DNA from: Candidatus Latescibacterota bacterium
Lineage (GTDB): Bacteria > Latescibacterota > UBA2968
Length of the DNA: 64,000 nucleotides
NCBI GenBank assembly: GCA_965207885.1
Contig: OZ242311.1
Coordinates: forward strand, 2,528,001 to 2,592,000
Reading direction: 5' to 3'
This document shows positions 20,748-30,008 of the stretch, piece by piece. How positions within the stretch are numbered: the stretch's first letter is position 1; each line of letters starts with the position of its first letter. A program made the position numbers and the translations under genes. The notes below the pieces were generated by a model, which saw only the letters and a program-made list of their open reading frames with translations, was not told where the DNA came from and did not search any database.

Positions 20748-21737
20748 TTATGACTCCCAGGGAATGGGTACATTGATCTCTGTGGCAATGTGTTGCAACA
20801 TGTCGAGATGCTCTTCGGTCAGCGGGATGCCGCTTTGCTCGCGTTCTTGTTCGCGTTGCCATTCCAAGCTGCCGGGGACTTCGGCGCTCGACAAGCCCGG
20901 CATGGGGTTCAGCGACCGGCTTTCGCGCAAGATGCGAGAGATTTCTGCCTTATAAGCCTCCAGGTCTCCCAGCTGAGCCACATCAATTGCCACAATCATA
21001 AATCCCCGCGTAGCGCTTGAAAATTTTGGTCTGTGCGATTCAGGTGTTGCTGTGCCTGCTAAAATACCCGCCAGGAACCACGATGTAAATCGCATGCCCA
21101 AACTTTTAAAAATAAAATCTGGAAATGTCTGCAATGCCTCGGCGAGTTTGCTGCGGTCTTTCAACATGTTTGCGTTCATGTCCAGTACAAAAGGCGGACC
21201 TTCTGCAGTTGGTATGCCAAAACACATCGGGGGGGCAGACATCGCATCCCATACCGTTGCATCGGGGCGTGTCGGTTTTTCCCAGGCGATTCCCCCTGCC
21301 ACGCAAAAGGTCGCCAGGTCGCGTGTTAGTGCCAGCCGCGCGTAGATCCCCGCGCTGCCCACATGGCCGTGATTGCGCGTGCTCGCAACGGCAATGCCGT
21401 TTGTTTTCGCCTTTTCAATGACGGCCTCTGTTGCCCGCGTTGCTACGAGGTAACCCGCACCGCCATCGCCATCAAAAATCGCCATTGAAGGGGCATCCAT
21501 GATCTGGGCAATTTCGGGCTGTGGGTTAATGCGCCCTTCTCGAAACTCAGCCACATACCGCCGCAACTGTCGCGTGCCGTGTGAGGCCACCCCGCGCAAA
21601 TCCACATCTACAAGATAGCGCGCGATCAACGCGGCATCGCCATCTGGCAAACCGACTTTGTGCAATGCTGCGGTAGCAAAGTCGCGCAACAGATCGGGCA
21701 TGATGCGCCTGGCGTCTTCGGGGATATAAACGGGCAT
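20748..21737 (-). CDS. Ldh_2 (malate/L-lactate dehydrogenase type 2) family oxidoreductase
   Basis: DLRGVASHG and RNHGHVG motifs. Confidence 0.85.
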   Translation of the reverse strand: MPVYIPEDARRIMPDLLRDFATAALHKVGLPDGDAALIARYLVDVDLRGVASHGTRQLRRYVAEFREGRINPQPEIAQIMDAPSMAIFDGDGGAGYLVATRATEAVIEKAKTNGIAVASTRNHGHVGSAGIYARLALTRDLATFCVAGGIAWEKPTRPDATVWDAMSAPPMCFGIPTAEGPPFVLDMNANMLKDRSKLAEALQTFPDFIFKSLGMRFTSWFLAGILAGTATPESHRPKFSSATRGFMIVAIDVAQLGDLEAYKAEISRILRESRSLNPMPGLSSAEVPGSLEWQREQEREQSGIPLTEEHLDMLQHIATEINVPIPWES

Positions 21738-21758
21738 GAAGTCTCCTGCGAGGTGGAA

Positions 21759-22982
21759 TTACTGTTCCGTCCAACTGGCGATGAAGTCCGCCGTGCTGTA
21801 GTCCGAGGGCATTTCGTTGAAATAGTGCTTCATAGGGATGGACTGAAAGCCCGGCACAAAGTGTTCTTCGTCCGATTGGAGTCGTGCTTCGAGTGGGCTG
21901 AAGCGATCCCAGAGTAAGTGGGCTTCTTCTGGAGTGAATCGTTCGGCGAATTTCGATCCCCAGTTGAGCGTGATGGGATGTTTTCCCAGCAGGCGACGCT
22001 GGAGGTCTTCGGCGATGTCCTGAAGCGGGGGATCTTTTCGCAGTCGAATCGCAAGTGCCGCTTTGCAGAGGAATACGGTTGACAGAATTCTACCTTTTTC
22101 GGCCCGCCACGGATGGAGGTTGTCCAGGGTGCTGAGATACGCGCTGCCATCGCCAGAGAGAACGGCTCTCAGTGCGTCTTCCGTATGCTGCTTCATTTGT
22201 TCACTGCGGTTGTTCCAGCGCGCGAATGCCTCCTGTGCCTGCGGAGAAATGTAGTTGGTAAACGAGAGGTCGTCAATTGAAGTGTGGGTCGAGAAGCCAC
22301 CGTGGATGGTTCGCCGCATTTTGGGGCTGTAGTTGCTGCCCCAGTGGAGGATGGGGAGGATATAGACGACGCCGTCACCGGCTTCGAGATGGGTCTGTAC
22401 GCTATTGGGTAGCGGACGACAGGGGTCTGCCAACAATAGCTCGTTCTCTTCTGGGGTGTTCAGCCGCAGATGGCTGCCCGGTATCACCCAGAGGACGCTG
22501 TCGTCGTAGAGCGGGATGTTCCACTGGACGTAGCGCGGGCCTCCTTCGAGGATGTCGTCGATATAGCCCTGAAGCGGTGCTGTGTCGATCGGATGGTGAT
22601 CGCGGTGCCACTTTGCCGGTCCGTGATCCCTGACGGGGTTGCACATCATCATCATTTCTGTGGCGGCTCCGTCCGCTACATCGAGAAGTTCTGTGCTGAC
22701 TCCGTGAATGTTTTCCTCGAGCCATACTTCGACCGCTGGCGCGGTCTCCTGGTCGATCTGATTGACGAGTGGCGACCTTGAAAGTTGCAGGCGAGGCTGC
22801 GGCGCTGTTTCCCATACGCCTCCAGGTGGATCATTTTCTGCACGCTCGGCTTTCCAGTTTTCGCGCTGGCGGTCAACGAGCGTTTCATACGCCTGACGGA
22901 CGCGTTCGAGTTTGTCGCGTGGTACGGCTTCCCTGACGATGAGGTAGCCTGTTTCCAAAAATTCGTCGCGGTTGAGTTTCAT
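21759..22982 (-). CDS. PhyH-family dioxygenase with C-terminal extension
   Basis: WHRD, VIPGSH, LHWGSNY and RRTIH motifs. Confidence 0.85.
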   Translation of the reverse strand: MKLNRDEFLETGYLIVREAVPRDKLERVRQAYETLVDRQRENWKAERAENDPPGGVWETAPQPRLQLSRSPLVNQIDQETAPAVEVWLEENIHGVSTELLDVADGAATEMMMMCNPVRDHGPAKWHRDHHPIDTAPLQGYIDDILEGGPRYVQWNIPLYDDSVLWVIPGSHLRLNTPEENELLLADPCRPLPNSVQTHLEAGDGVVYILPILHWGSNYSPKMRRTIHGGFSTHTSIDDLSFTNYISPQAQEAFARWNNRSEQMKQHTEDALRAVLSGDGSAYLSTLDNLHPWRAEKGRILSTVFLCKAALAIRLRKDPPLQDIAEDLQRRLLGKHPITLNWGSKFAERFTPEEAHLLWDRFSPLEARLQSDEEHFVPGFQSIPMKHYFNEMPSDYSTADFIASWTEQ

Positions 22983-23014
22983 GGCTGACTCCAAGGTGTT
23001 AGGCGAGGGCGTTT

Positions 23015-23482
23015 CTACCCGGTCCGGATAAGTATGAAATCTTCATCATCGCTCGGTGGCTCAAAGCGATTGATGAATTCTGTAAATGCCTGGTTGTTAA
23101 TCCAAAGTGAATCCTGGTCGTTTTTTGAACGAGTGAGGACCCGCTTTCGAAGTACGTCAATGGGAGCGTCGAGGAAATAGAGTTTTGATTCTGCGCCTAT
23201 GGCCGCCACCGCTTGCCTGATATTTTCGCGATCCCTTTTGTACCAGAATCCTTTATCGAGTATGACATCTGTGCCGAGGGCGAGATTGCGCGTGGCAATG
23301 CGCCAGATCCGATTGGAAACACGGTCGAAAAGTGCTTCAAATTGCTCGGGCGATCTGCCGTAGAGTTGAACCATCCACTCGTCATAAGTGTATCGCACAG
23401 CCCTATGAGTCTCTTCAAGCTCCCGAGCAAAAGTGGTCTTACCCGAACCCGGTCGGCTACAGAGTAAGTGAACGGTTGCCAT
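23015..23482 (-). CDS. AAA_33-type P-loop kinase
   Basis: PGSGKTT Walker A and VILDKGFW. Confidence 0.8.
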   Translation of the reverse strand: MATVHLLCSRPGSGKTTFARELEETHRAVRYTYDEWMVQLYGRSPEQFEALFDRVSNRIWRIATRNLALGTDVILDKGFWYKRDRENIRQAVAAIGAESKLYFLDAPIDVLRKRVLTRSKNDQDSLWINNQAFTEFINRFEPPSDDEDFILIRTG

Positions 23483-23505
23483 TGTATCTAATCAATACCT
23501 CTGTT

Positions 23506-24321
23506 TTAATTATCAGGCCTTTGCCCGATGTAGAGGATGTGTCTGGATGAAGCCACCATGCTTTGTTCGGCACTGATTTCGAATAGAAGATTCAGCCAGA
23601 GATCTCTCTGTTTTCCTTTAAGCGTGTTATAGCGTTCGTCGTCTGCGGAGATAGATGGCTCGACACCTGCAGTTTTGAGGGTGCGGAATCCCACGCACTC
23701 ATGCATAGGGGCGATTTCTTCCAGCCGAACATAATAGCCCCGAAAGCCTCCTTTTGGAGCATTGGAGGGGCGGTGGCCTTGTTCTATGTGTGACCAAACC
23801 GCTTCCTGGTTCTCAATCCACGAAGGATTGTCCTTGATGAGGTCCCCAAGAATACCAAATCTGGAAATCATTGCAGAAAAGATCACACCCCCTGGTTTTA
23901 GACAGGCATAGGCAGATCGCAGGGCTGCTGTTCGGTCGGTTTCAAGTAATAGGTGATACAGAGGCCCCATGAGGAGAACAGCTTCAAACTCGCCGCGCGG
24001 AATCCCATCCAGTTGGCGCGCATCGCCAGTGCGGAAATCAATTTGATCAGAGAGACCAAGCTCTTCCGCTTTCGCTTTGCATCGGGTGACGTACTCGTCG
24101 GCGAGGTCAATAGCCGTGATCTGATAGCCTCGTCTTGCCAGAGGAAAAGTGTAAAATCCCGTGCCGAAACCAATTTCGAGGAGCCTGCCGCGAGGTGGGA
24201 GGTATAGATTCAAATAGCGCCAGGTGATATCTGCTTCGAGTTGGTGGCGTTCCAATCTGTTTGCCTCTGCATCCCAGGCTGCGTTGTAAAACTCGCGTAT
24301 GTCGGTCAGATCGTCCATCAT
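23506..24321 (-). CDS. Class I SAM-dependent methyltransferase
   Basis: LLEIGFGTG, GPLYHL and LKPGG motifs. Confidence 0.9.
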   Translation of the reverse strand: MMDDLTDIREFYNAAWDAEANRLERHQLEADITWRYLNLYLPPRGRLLEIGFGTGFYTFPLARRGYQITAIDLADEYVTRCKAKAEELGLSDQIDFRTGDARQLDGIPRGEFEAVLLMGPLYHLLLETDRTAALRSAYACLKPGGVIFSAMISRFGILGDLIKDNPSWIENQEAVWSHIEQGHRPSNAPKGGFRGYYVRLEEIAPMHECVGFRTLKTAGVEPSISADDERYNTLKGKQRDLWLNLLFEISAEQSMVASSRHILYIGQRPDN

Positions 24322-24358
24322 GTCAGAGGATTGCTCTATCTGCGTGTGGCACTTTCCC

Positions 24359-25447
24359 TTACCTCGGTTCGTTGGGATATAAATTCATTACATATTGGTC
24401 ATACCCATTGAATAGCAGGGTCGGGCGTATTTCGGGGTTCGAAGCATTGGTGGTGATAAATCGTTCCTGGGCTTGAGACCACCGGGGATGGGCGACCTTG
24501 GGATTGACATTGGCAAAGAAACCGTATTCTCTTGGAACGAGCGTATTCCAGAAGGTTCTCGGTTGCTCGCGGACAAACTCAATGCTCACGAGCGATTTGA
24601 TGCTCTTAAAGCCGTATTTCCAGGGCACGACCAGACGGATGGGTGCCCCGTGCTGGTTGGGCATTTCGTGACCGTAAATCCCCGTAGCTATAAAAGCGAG
24701 TTCATTTGTCGCTTCTTCCATTGTCAGCCCTTCGACATAGGGCCAGGGATAGTGGGGGGCGTTGAGCTGGCCAGGAGCCTGATTCGGATCCAGAAAGGTT
24801 GTCATCTTGACGAACTTTGCCGTAGAAAGCGGTTGTACCAGGTCTATGAGGGCTTTCATCGGAAAACCGGTCCATGGTATCGCCATAGACCACGCCTCTA
24901 CACACCGCAAGCGGTAAAGCCGTTCTTCCAGCGGAATAGCGCGGACCAGATCGCCAAAGTCATATGTCTTTGCCTGAGGGACCTCTCCCTTGATTTCCAC
25001 TTTCCAGGGATCTGTCATGAAGTTTTCTGATAGCGGCTTTACCTGAGTCTTGCCGGTGCTGAATTCATAAAAATTATTGTACGATCCGGCAATTGACTCC
25101 TCGGTTAAAGGCCGGTCCAGTTCCTTGAATTCATCATTGAGTCTGGCGGGGTAAAGCGGCTGCGGCGGTTGTGGTGGTTGCGGTGGATCTGGCGGTTGTT
25201 GCGGCGGTTGTGGCGGTTGCTGTGGATCCTGAGGTTGCTGAGGTTGTTGCGGTTGCTGCGGTGGTTGTTGAGGCTCCTCAGTCGGCGTAGTGGGTGCTCT
25301 TTCTGCAGGGGTAAAAATTTTCTCATGTCCGCAGCCTGCTAACGTCCCCAGGGCACCTCCTGCGGCTACCATAAACTTTCGCCGGTTCATATAAACATCT
25401 TCTGGCGTTGCTTCTCTCTCGGGTATTTCCCAACCTCGTTTTGGCAT
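24359..25447 (-). CDS. msrP: Protein-methionine-sulfoxide reductase catalytic subunit MsrP with P/Q-rich linker
   Basis: Tat motif NRRKF; YNNFYEF, RCVEAWS, HGAPIRLVVPWKYGFKSIK and HPRWSQA motifs. Confidence 0.93.
   Translation of the reverse strand: MPKRGWEIPEREATPEDVYMNRRKFMVAAGGALGTLAGCGHEKIFTPAERAPTTPTEEPQQPPQQPQQPQQPQDPQQPPQPPQQPPDPPQPPQPPQPLYPARLNDEFKELDRPLTEESIAGSYNNFYEFSTGKTQVKPLSENFMTDPWKVEIKGEVPQAKTYDFGDLVRAIPLEERLYRLRCVEAWSMAIPWTGFPMKALIDLVQPLSTAKFVKMTTFLDPNQAPGQLNAPHYPWPYVEGLTMEEATNELAFIATGIYGHEMPNQHGAPIRLVVPWKYGFKSIKSLVSIEFVREQPRTFWNTLVPREYGFFANVNPKVAHPRWSQAQERFITTNASNPEIRPTLLFNGYDQYVMNLYPNEPR
25157..25274 (-). repeat. Low-complexity coding repeat (PQQPPQ)n
   Basis: Degenerate CCG/CAA/CAG codon repeats within msrP. 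Confidence 0.85.
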
Positions 25448-25474
25448 ATCAACCTCCTTGATCAGGTCCCTGGC

Positions 25475-26332
25475 TTATTTTTTAAATGCTATTCCAAACA
25501 AAAACGTATTTCCTGCAGAGGTGTTGCAACCCGCTGCGATGCGAATCATATCCACGCTCAGTTCCATCCAGTTTGTTAAACGGTAAATTACTCCAGGAGA
25601 GATTTTTAAGACACTCTGGTCACCGATCAATTCAACCTCTCCAACCGGATTGCAAGTTCCAAAGGTGCGGATACCCGAAAGATACCCTTTGAACAGGAAT
25701 CGGTCCACTGTAATCCCGACCTCCAGGGCATAAAACCATTCATTACTGATGTCTCCACCGCGGACCCGGTAGCCTACCTCTCCAGTTACATAAATCGGAG
25801 CGGGGTAAAGAGATTGGCCCAGTAGCAGCCGAATATCTGCATCCATCTTTTTAGAACTCAGGGGAACCCGCGTGTTGGGGTCGTCATCGTACCACAGTGG
25901 AATTTTGCCTCCCACAGCAATTGATGCGACCACGGGCTTGTTGGCCAAAAGCCACCGCAAACGCATTTCCATGTCGCCAAAACCCCACCGGCGCTCCAGT
26001 GCTGTGCCCGTAACAACCAGATCGAGATCTCTCAGGGTGCGGGTATCCCTTAGCTGTTTGTAGGGGACGGACGACACAAGTGTGAGTCGGTCCAACAAGC
26101 CGTATTCCAGGTAGGTCGAATAATTGAGATCTCTCAGTTCTCCCATATTTGCCTTCTGAATCTGCTTGCCGTTGGCATCAATATCTATGGTCGAGTTCAA
26201 ATAGCTGGCTCCGACCTTAAAATAATAGCCACCCTTATTCTGGGTCCACGCGCCGGCAAAGGCAGTGGATGTCAGTCCTAAATAGGTCGCGCAAATAACA
26301 ATAAAAAATAGTCTTCGCATTGGCTTATCCAT
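25475..26332 (-). CDS. Putative outer-membrane beta-barrel protein
   Basis: Signal peptide ending AFA-GAW; YLEYGL and GFGDME motifs; aromatic residue near C-terminus. Confidence 0.6.
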   Translation of the reverse strand: MDKPMRRLFFIVICATYLGLTSTAFAGAWTQNKGGYYFKVGASYLNSTIDIDANGKQIQKANMGELRDLNYSTYLEYGLLDRLTLVSSVPYKQLRDTRTLRDLDLVVTGTALERRWGFGDMEMRLRWLLANKPVVASIAVGGKIPLWYDDDPNTRVPLSSKKMDADIRLLLGQSLYPAPIYVTGEVGYRVRGGDISNEWFYALEVGITVDRFLFKGYLSGIRTFGTCNPVGEVELIGDQSVLKISPGVIYRLTNWMELSVDMIRIAAGCNTSAGNTFLFGIAFKK

Positions 26333-26403
26333 ATTCTATGAGGTTTTATTGATAGTGTCGGTCAGCATTATAAAGCCTATAATCAATTTAAGTTCCCCTT
26401 CCC

Positions 26404-27897
26404 TCATTCCTCTTCAATGACGGCCGTGTGGGCAGTCATCGTCGCACTGGGCGAGAGTCGCGGCCTCAGGCCGCTGGCAGTCGTCAGACCCCGGAGCCTT
26501 ACTTCCTGGCAGGGGGTGTATGGGAAAGGACGTTCCTCAGACGCGGAGGCCTGTTCGACGCCATCGTGGAAGTTGTCCGGGTCGGTGAAGAAGTACATGC
26601 CCTGGTAATTCTCGGGCGTATTGGAATCATCTACGAATAGTCCGTCAATAACGACTTCTTCAGGCATAGAGCAGGGATATCCGAAATCGTGCGTGCCGTC
26701 ATTGGAAACATTGATCATGTGAGGCTGACAGGTGTCTCCACAAGCCGGAATCCATCGGCAGTTGCGGATCTCGATCGCTCCCTCCCAGGTGCTGCCATAG
26801 TCGCGCCGAAAGGAGACCAGGCTACTGCCGTACAACGTAGAATCCTCGAGTGTTAGCTGGCCTCGGCCGATCGCGTTCAGCCCCATATGGCCCAGGGTGC
26901 AGCGACGGATAACATAGGTGCCGGAAACGCCCATGTGCGTGTCCATTCTGGAGAGATGGCAGTCCTCGAGCAGGATATCTTTGCAGAAGTTGGATCCGAT
27001 CACGCCCCAGCGCGTGCGGTCGGTGATGTGGTTCATCCGACATCCAATCATTGTGAATCCCACGACGTTGTTCGCATTGTAGTCGTAGGTGCCCATGCTG
27101 ACCGGCTTACCCGCCGCGCCGATGGTTGAGTAGATTTTGTGCCCGGTGGCGAAGCAGTTGCGCAGCGTGATGTGGGCACACTGTTGCACGCTGATGAATC
27201 CGGAATAGGGACAGCCCACGGCTGTCTCGCCGACGACATAGTGGGTCAGATCCGCGACTTCTGTATTCGAGCGGGAGATCACAATATTCCGATTCCAGTA
27301 GTTGTAACCATTTGGATGGTGCTCGCGGTTGGCAAATGTGGTAAAGACGCCGCCGCGCAGGTATAGCGTCTGCTCGTCAATTGGCCGCGCTTCCACCCGG
27401 GTGATCTGATCGTATTCCCAGTCGATGTCCGCCTCCACCGAGCCGTCTCGACGCAGGATGAAGCAGTCGTGCTGGGGTGCGCCGTCGTTCTGGTTGAGCC
27501 CCCGCCGGATATACAGCCTCTTGTGCGCGTTTTCCACGAGGACGTGACAGTCGCGCTTCGGCCGCGCATCCACCTGTTTCTGGTCTCTCGTGAGCCGATC
27601 AATCTGCAGTTCCTCTGGTTCCAACAGCGAGCGTACTTCAAAGAGATGCGCTTTGTGGTCTTCAACCTGTGTGTCGTCAATCGTGAAACGGGAGGTGTTC
27701 CAGTCGGTATCGGTTGCGATTATGGCGGTCAGTGCCCGGCCGCCGAGATGGTACGTCGCGCCAGGCTTTGTCCTGACACTCAGGCCGTGCGCGTTGGCGT
27801 AGGCGTGTGCCTCGCAGATCGCTGGCATGTCATCCGTGACGCCGTCGCCCTTTGCACCGAAAGCCTCGTAGTCTATCAGGCCTTCTTTAAAATCCAT
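26404..27897 (-). CDS. Pectin-lyase-fold (beta-helix) protein
   Basis: FGAKGDGVTDD N-terminal motif and beta-helix-like repeats. Confidence 0.7.
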   Translation of the reverse strand: MDFKEGLIDYEAFGAKGDGVTDDMPAICEAHAYANAHGLSVRTKPGATYHLGGRALTAIIATDTDWNTSRFTIDDTQVEDHKAHLFEVRSLLEPEELQIDRLTRDQKQVDARPKRDCHVLVENAHKRLYIRRGLNQNDGAPQHDCFILRRDGSVEADIDWEYDQITRVEARPIDEQTLYLRGGVFTTFANREHHPNGYNYWNRNIVISRSNTEVADLTHYVVGETAVGCPYSGFISVQQCAHITLRNCFATGHKIYSTIGAAGKPVSMGTYDYNANNVVGFTMIGCRMNHITDRTRWGVIGSNFCKDILLEDCHLSRMDTHMGVSGTYVIRRCTLGHMGLNAIGRGQLTLEDSTLYGSSLVSFRRDYGSTWEGAIEIRNCRWIPACGDTCQPHMINVSNDGTHDFGYPCSMPEEVVIDGLFVDDSNTPENYQGMYFFTDPDNFHDGVEQASASEERPFPYTPCQEVRLRGLTTASGLRPRLSPSATMTAHTAVIEEE

Positions 27898-27899
27898 GG

Positions 27900-28443
27900 A
27901 TGTCTCCTTTTAAATGCTATCTCGGTCCCTTGTATTTTCGTCCGCGATCGGCCACACGGCGCTCTCTGACCAGAGCCAGGATTGGGACACCATAACCACA
28001 ACTCGTTTGCGTTTTTTCAATGTTTACTTCAATCACTTGCCGAGGTTTCTTCAATTCTTGAGCAGGTCTTTTGAGCATCTTACGTGCGAGAGGCGAGTCG
28101 TCAAGCTCAACGATCCGCGCATGTCCATAGAGTCGAACAATGCCCGCATCACCTTCCTCAAAGGAGCATACCATGATCGTGATTGGCCCCCCAGAGGTCG
28201 CCTGACGCGCTGTCTCGTTCCCACTACCGGGATAGTCGAGGTAAGCAACGCGATTTGGCGTGAGAATATGCAAGGGCGTTCCACCCTTTGGCGACAAATT
28301 TACAGCACCTGTTCCATCAGGCCCGTTTTCCAAATTTGGATCGGCTGTTGCTACAAAGAATAGGGGAGCGTTCTTGATTAGCGCTGCTTGCTCATCTGTT
28401 ATAGAAGTGTATTGCGTTGCCATTTCGCGTATGTCTCCTTTTA
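27900..28443. repeat. 13-bp direct repeat TAAAAGGAGACAT (minus strand) flanking one gene
   Basis: atgtctcctttta at 27900-27912 and 28431-28443. Confidence 0.85.
27917..28423 (-). CDS. Pyridoxamine 5'-phosphate oxidase-like FMN-binding protein
   Basis: FFVATA, VNLSPKG, GSGNET and TSCGYGVP motifs. Confidence 0.88.
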   Translation of the reverse strand: MATQYTSITDEQAALIKNAPLFFVATADPNLENGPDGTGAVNLSPKGGTPLHILTPNRVAYLDYPGSGNETARQATSGGPITIMVCSFEEGDAGIVRLYGHARIVELDDSPLARKMLKRPAQELKKPRQVIEVNIEKTQTSCGYGVPILALVRERRVADRGRKYKGPR

Positions 28444-28869
28444 GCGGCGGTATTTGGCTAACTCGGTTTTGACCTTGTGGAAAAGATCAGGCTGAATCTC
28501 TGGATAGGTCAGTTTTTCAGGGAGATTATCATCGAGAGAGATTTCCGATATTTCAGAATTGAGCATTTTCTTCAGTTTTTCTACTTGGGCATGAAACAGG
28601 AGGCCATAGGAGGTCCGTTCCTCGTGTTCCACCGAATATGTACAGATTCTCTTCAGTTCAAAAGTTTCTGCGCCAGTCTCCTCGTGTAGTTCTCTTGCCG
28701 CAGCCTCCATTGGCTTCTCTCCAGGCTCAATGTGGCCACCGGGAATTTCCCATGTATCTCTGTCTTTGTGCTTGCAGAAGATCCATTTGCCTTTGGTCTC
28801 AGCAACAATAACTACGTATGTGAGATCGCGATTTGTGATAGTTCCCACTTCAGGAAATGAAACGACCAC
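28441..28869 (-). CDS. NUDIX hydrolase
   Basis: WEIPGGHIEPGEKPMEAAARELHEETG. Confidence 0.9.
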   Translation of the reverse strand: MVVSFPEVGTITNRDLTYVVIVAETKGKWIFCKHKDRDTWEIPGGHIEPGEKPMEAAARELHEETGAETFELKRICTYSVEHEERTSYGLLFHAQVEKLKKMLNSEISEISLDDNLPEKLTYPEIQPDLFHKVKTELAKYRR

Positions 28870-29100
28870 TCAGTTCCTCCAAGGCTTAACATTGAGAGGT
28901 AGTGTCCGTCCTGCTCTATGTGCTACAATGGCCTCATCGGCCAACCGCTCCAGTAAATCCTCGGACTCGGGGCGGCTAAATAACTCAGCCCATCGCTGAT
29001 CCGACTCAAGTTCGGCCAGCAGGAAACGCGCAAATTTATCTTGTTCCTCTTGAGGGAGTTTGGTGGCTCTCTCGAAAGCCTTTTGAAGAAGTGGAGTCAT
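28870..29100 (-). CDS. Orphan antitoxin-like small protein
   Basis: MTPLLQKAFE..LPQEEQD..LERLADEA pattern typical of small antitoxins; RBS AAGGAG. Confidence 0.6.
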   Translation of the reverse strand: MTPLLQKAFERATKLPQEEQDKFARFLLAELESDQRWAELFSRPESEDLLERLADEAIVAHRAGRTLPLNVKPWRN

Positions 29101-29125
29101 TTGTTTTACTCCTTCCTGAGTGAAC

Positions 29126-29191
29126 AATTAACGTTTTCGCCGTGCCCGAACCTCGGGCTATGCGCTGAAATCGCGTATGAATGTGTTAGCC
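29126..29191 (-). other. Truncated attC-like hairpin
   Basis: GGCTAAC start and GCCCGA-GGT-TCGGGC stem with imperfect arms; downstream arm incomplete. Confidence 0.35.
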
Positions 29192-29273
29192 ACCGAACGT
29201 TTGTTTTTTAGCCCGCAGCAGGATTTGGTTTGTTTATTTGAAATCCAAGTTGTGTGATTTTGCCATCACCGAA

Positions 29274-29930
29274 TTAGTAGTGCTTTATAGTATCATACAT
29301 AGATAAATCATTCCAATCCGCTCCCAATTTCGGGCGAGTGAGCGACGCTTCGGGGCACCACTGTTCTAGACTTTCCGAATACAGCCCACCATTACGCTCA
29401 ATTTCTATAACTGCGAGTAGCCCTTCTTCTCTGACTGCTTTGCCCTGCACAGGTGTCAGGCGCCCAAGTTCCACAGCAAGGTCAAGTTCATCTTGATCTT
29501 TCCATCTCCAATTGCGATTAGGTTCAACAATAATATCTAATTGATGATCTCTAAAATCAAAGCCCAGACGCGTACGACATAGTTTACTTTGCAGGTTTAC
29601 ATACCAACCTTGAAACACGCGATCTGCCGACCATCGCACCCAAGTTGCACGACAATTGTCCGGACGAACTACGATCAGAAGTTCTGCCCATTGCCAAATC
29701 GAATCCACCAATGCCCAAGATCCCTCCACCCAATTACGTGGTGTGCCCGGAGTGTGGTTCAGCAATACCGGCTTTTTCGTCGGTGTTCCCAATGGAAGCC
29801 AAAGAGCAATTTGCACATCAGAATCTTCAATAACGGTGACGGGTTTCACATCGACAACTTGACCATGCTCGTCAAGTTCTCGATATAGAATTGGTTCGCC
29901 GTAACAAAATTTAGACGGTATATATTTCAT
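29274..29930 (-). CDS. DUF402 family protein
   Basis: GWYVNLQ, DHQLDIIV and WKDQDEL motifs; start uncertain. Confidence 0.8.
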   Translation of the reverse strand: MKYIPSKFCYGEPILYRELDEHGQVVDVKPVTVIEDSDVQIALWLPLGTPTKKPVLLNHTPGTPRNWVEGSWALVDSIWQWAELLIVVRPDNCRATWVRWSADRVFQGWYVNLQSKLCRTRLGFDFRDHQLDIIVEPNRNWRWKDQDELDLAVELGRLTPVQGKAVREEGLLAVIEIERNGGLYSESLEQWCPEASLTRPKLGADWNDLSMYDTIKHY

Positions 29931-30008
29931 GAAGAGAGCACTGTTCAAATAAATTGGCACCGGAAACAGCCATGTTTACGATGTTAGACGCCGTATAACA
30001 GATGATCC

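Noticed and set aside
25157-25274. CRISPR or VNTR
   Set aside because: Degenerate codon repeats encoding a P/Q linker inside msrP, with no spacers.
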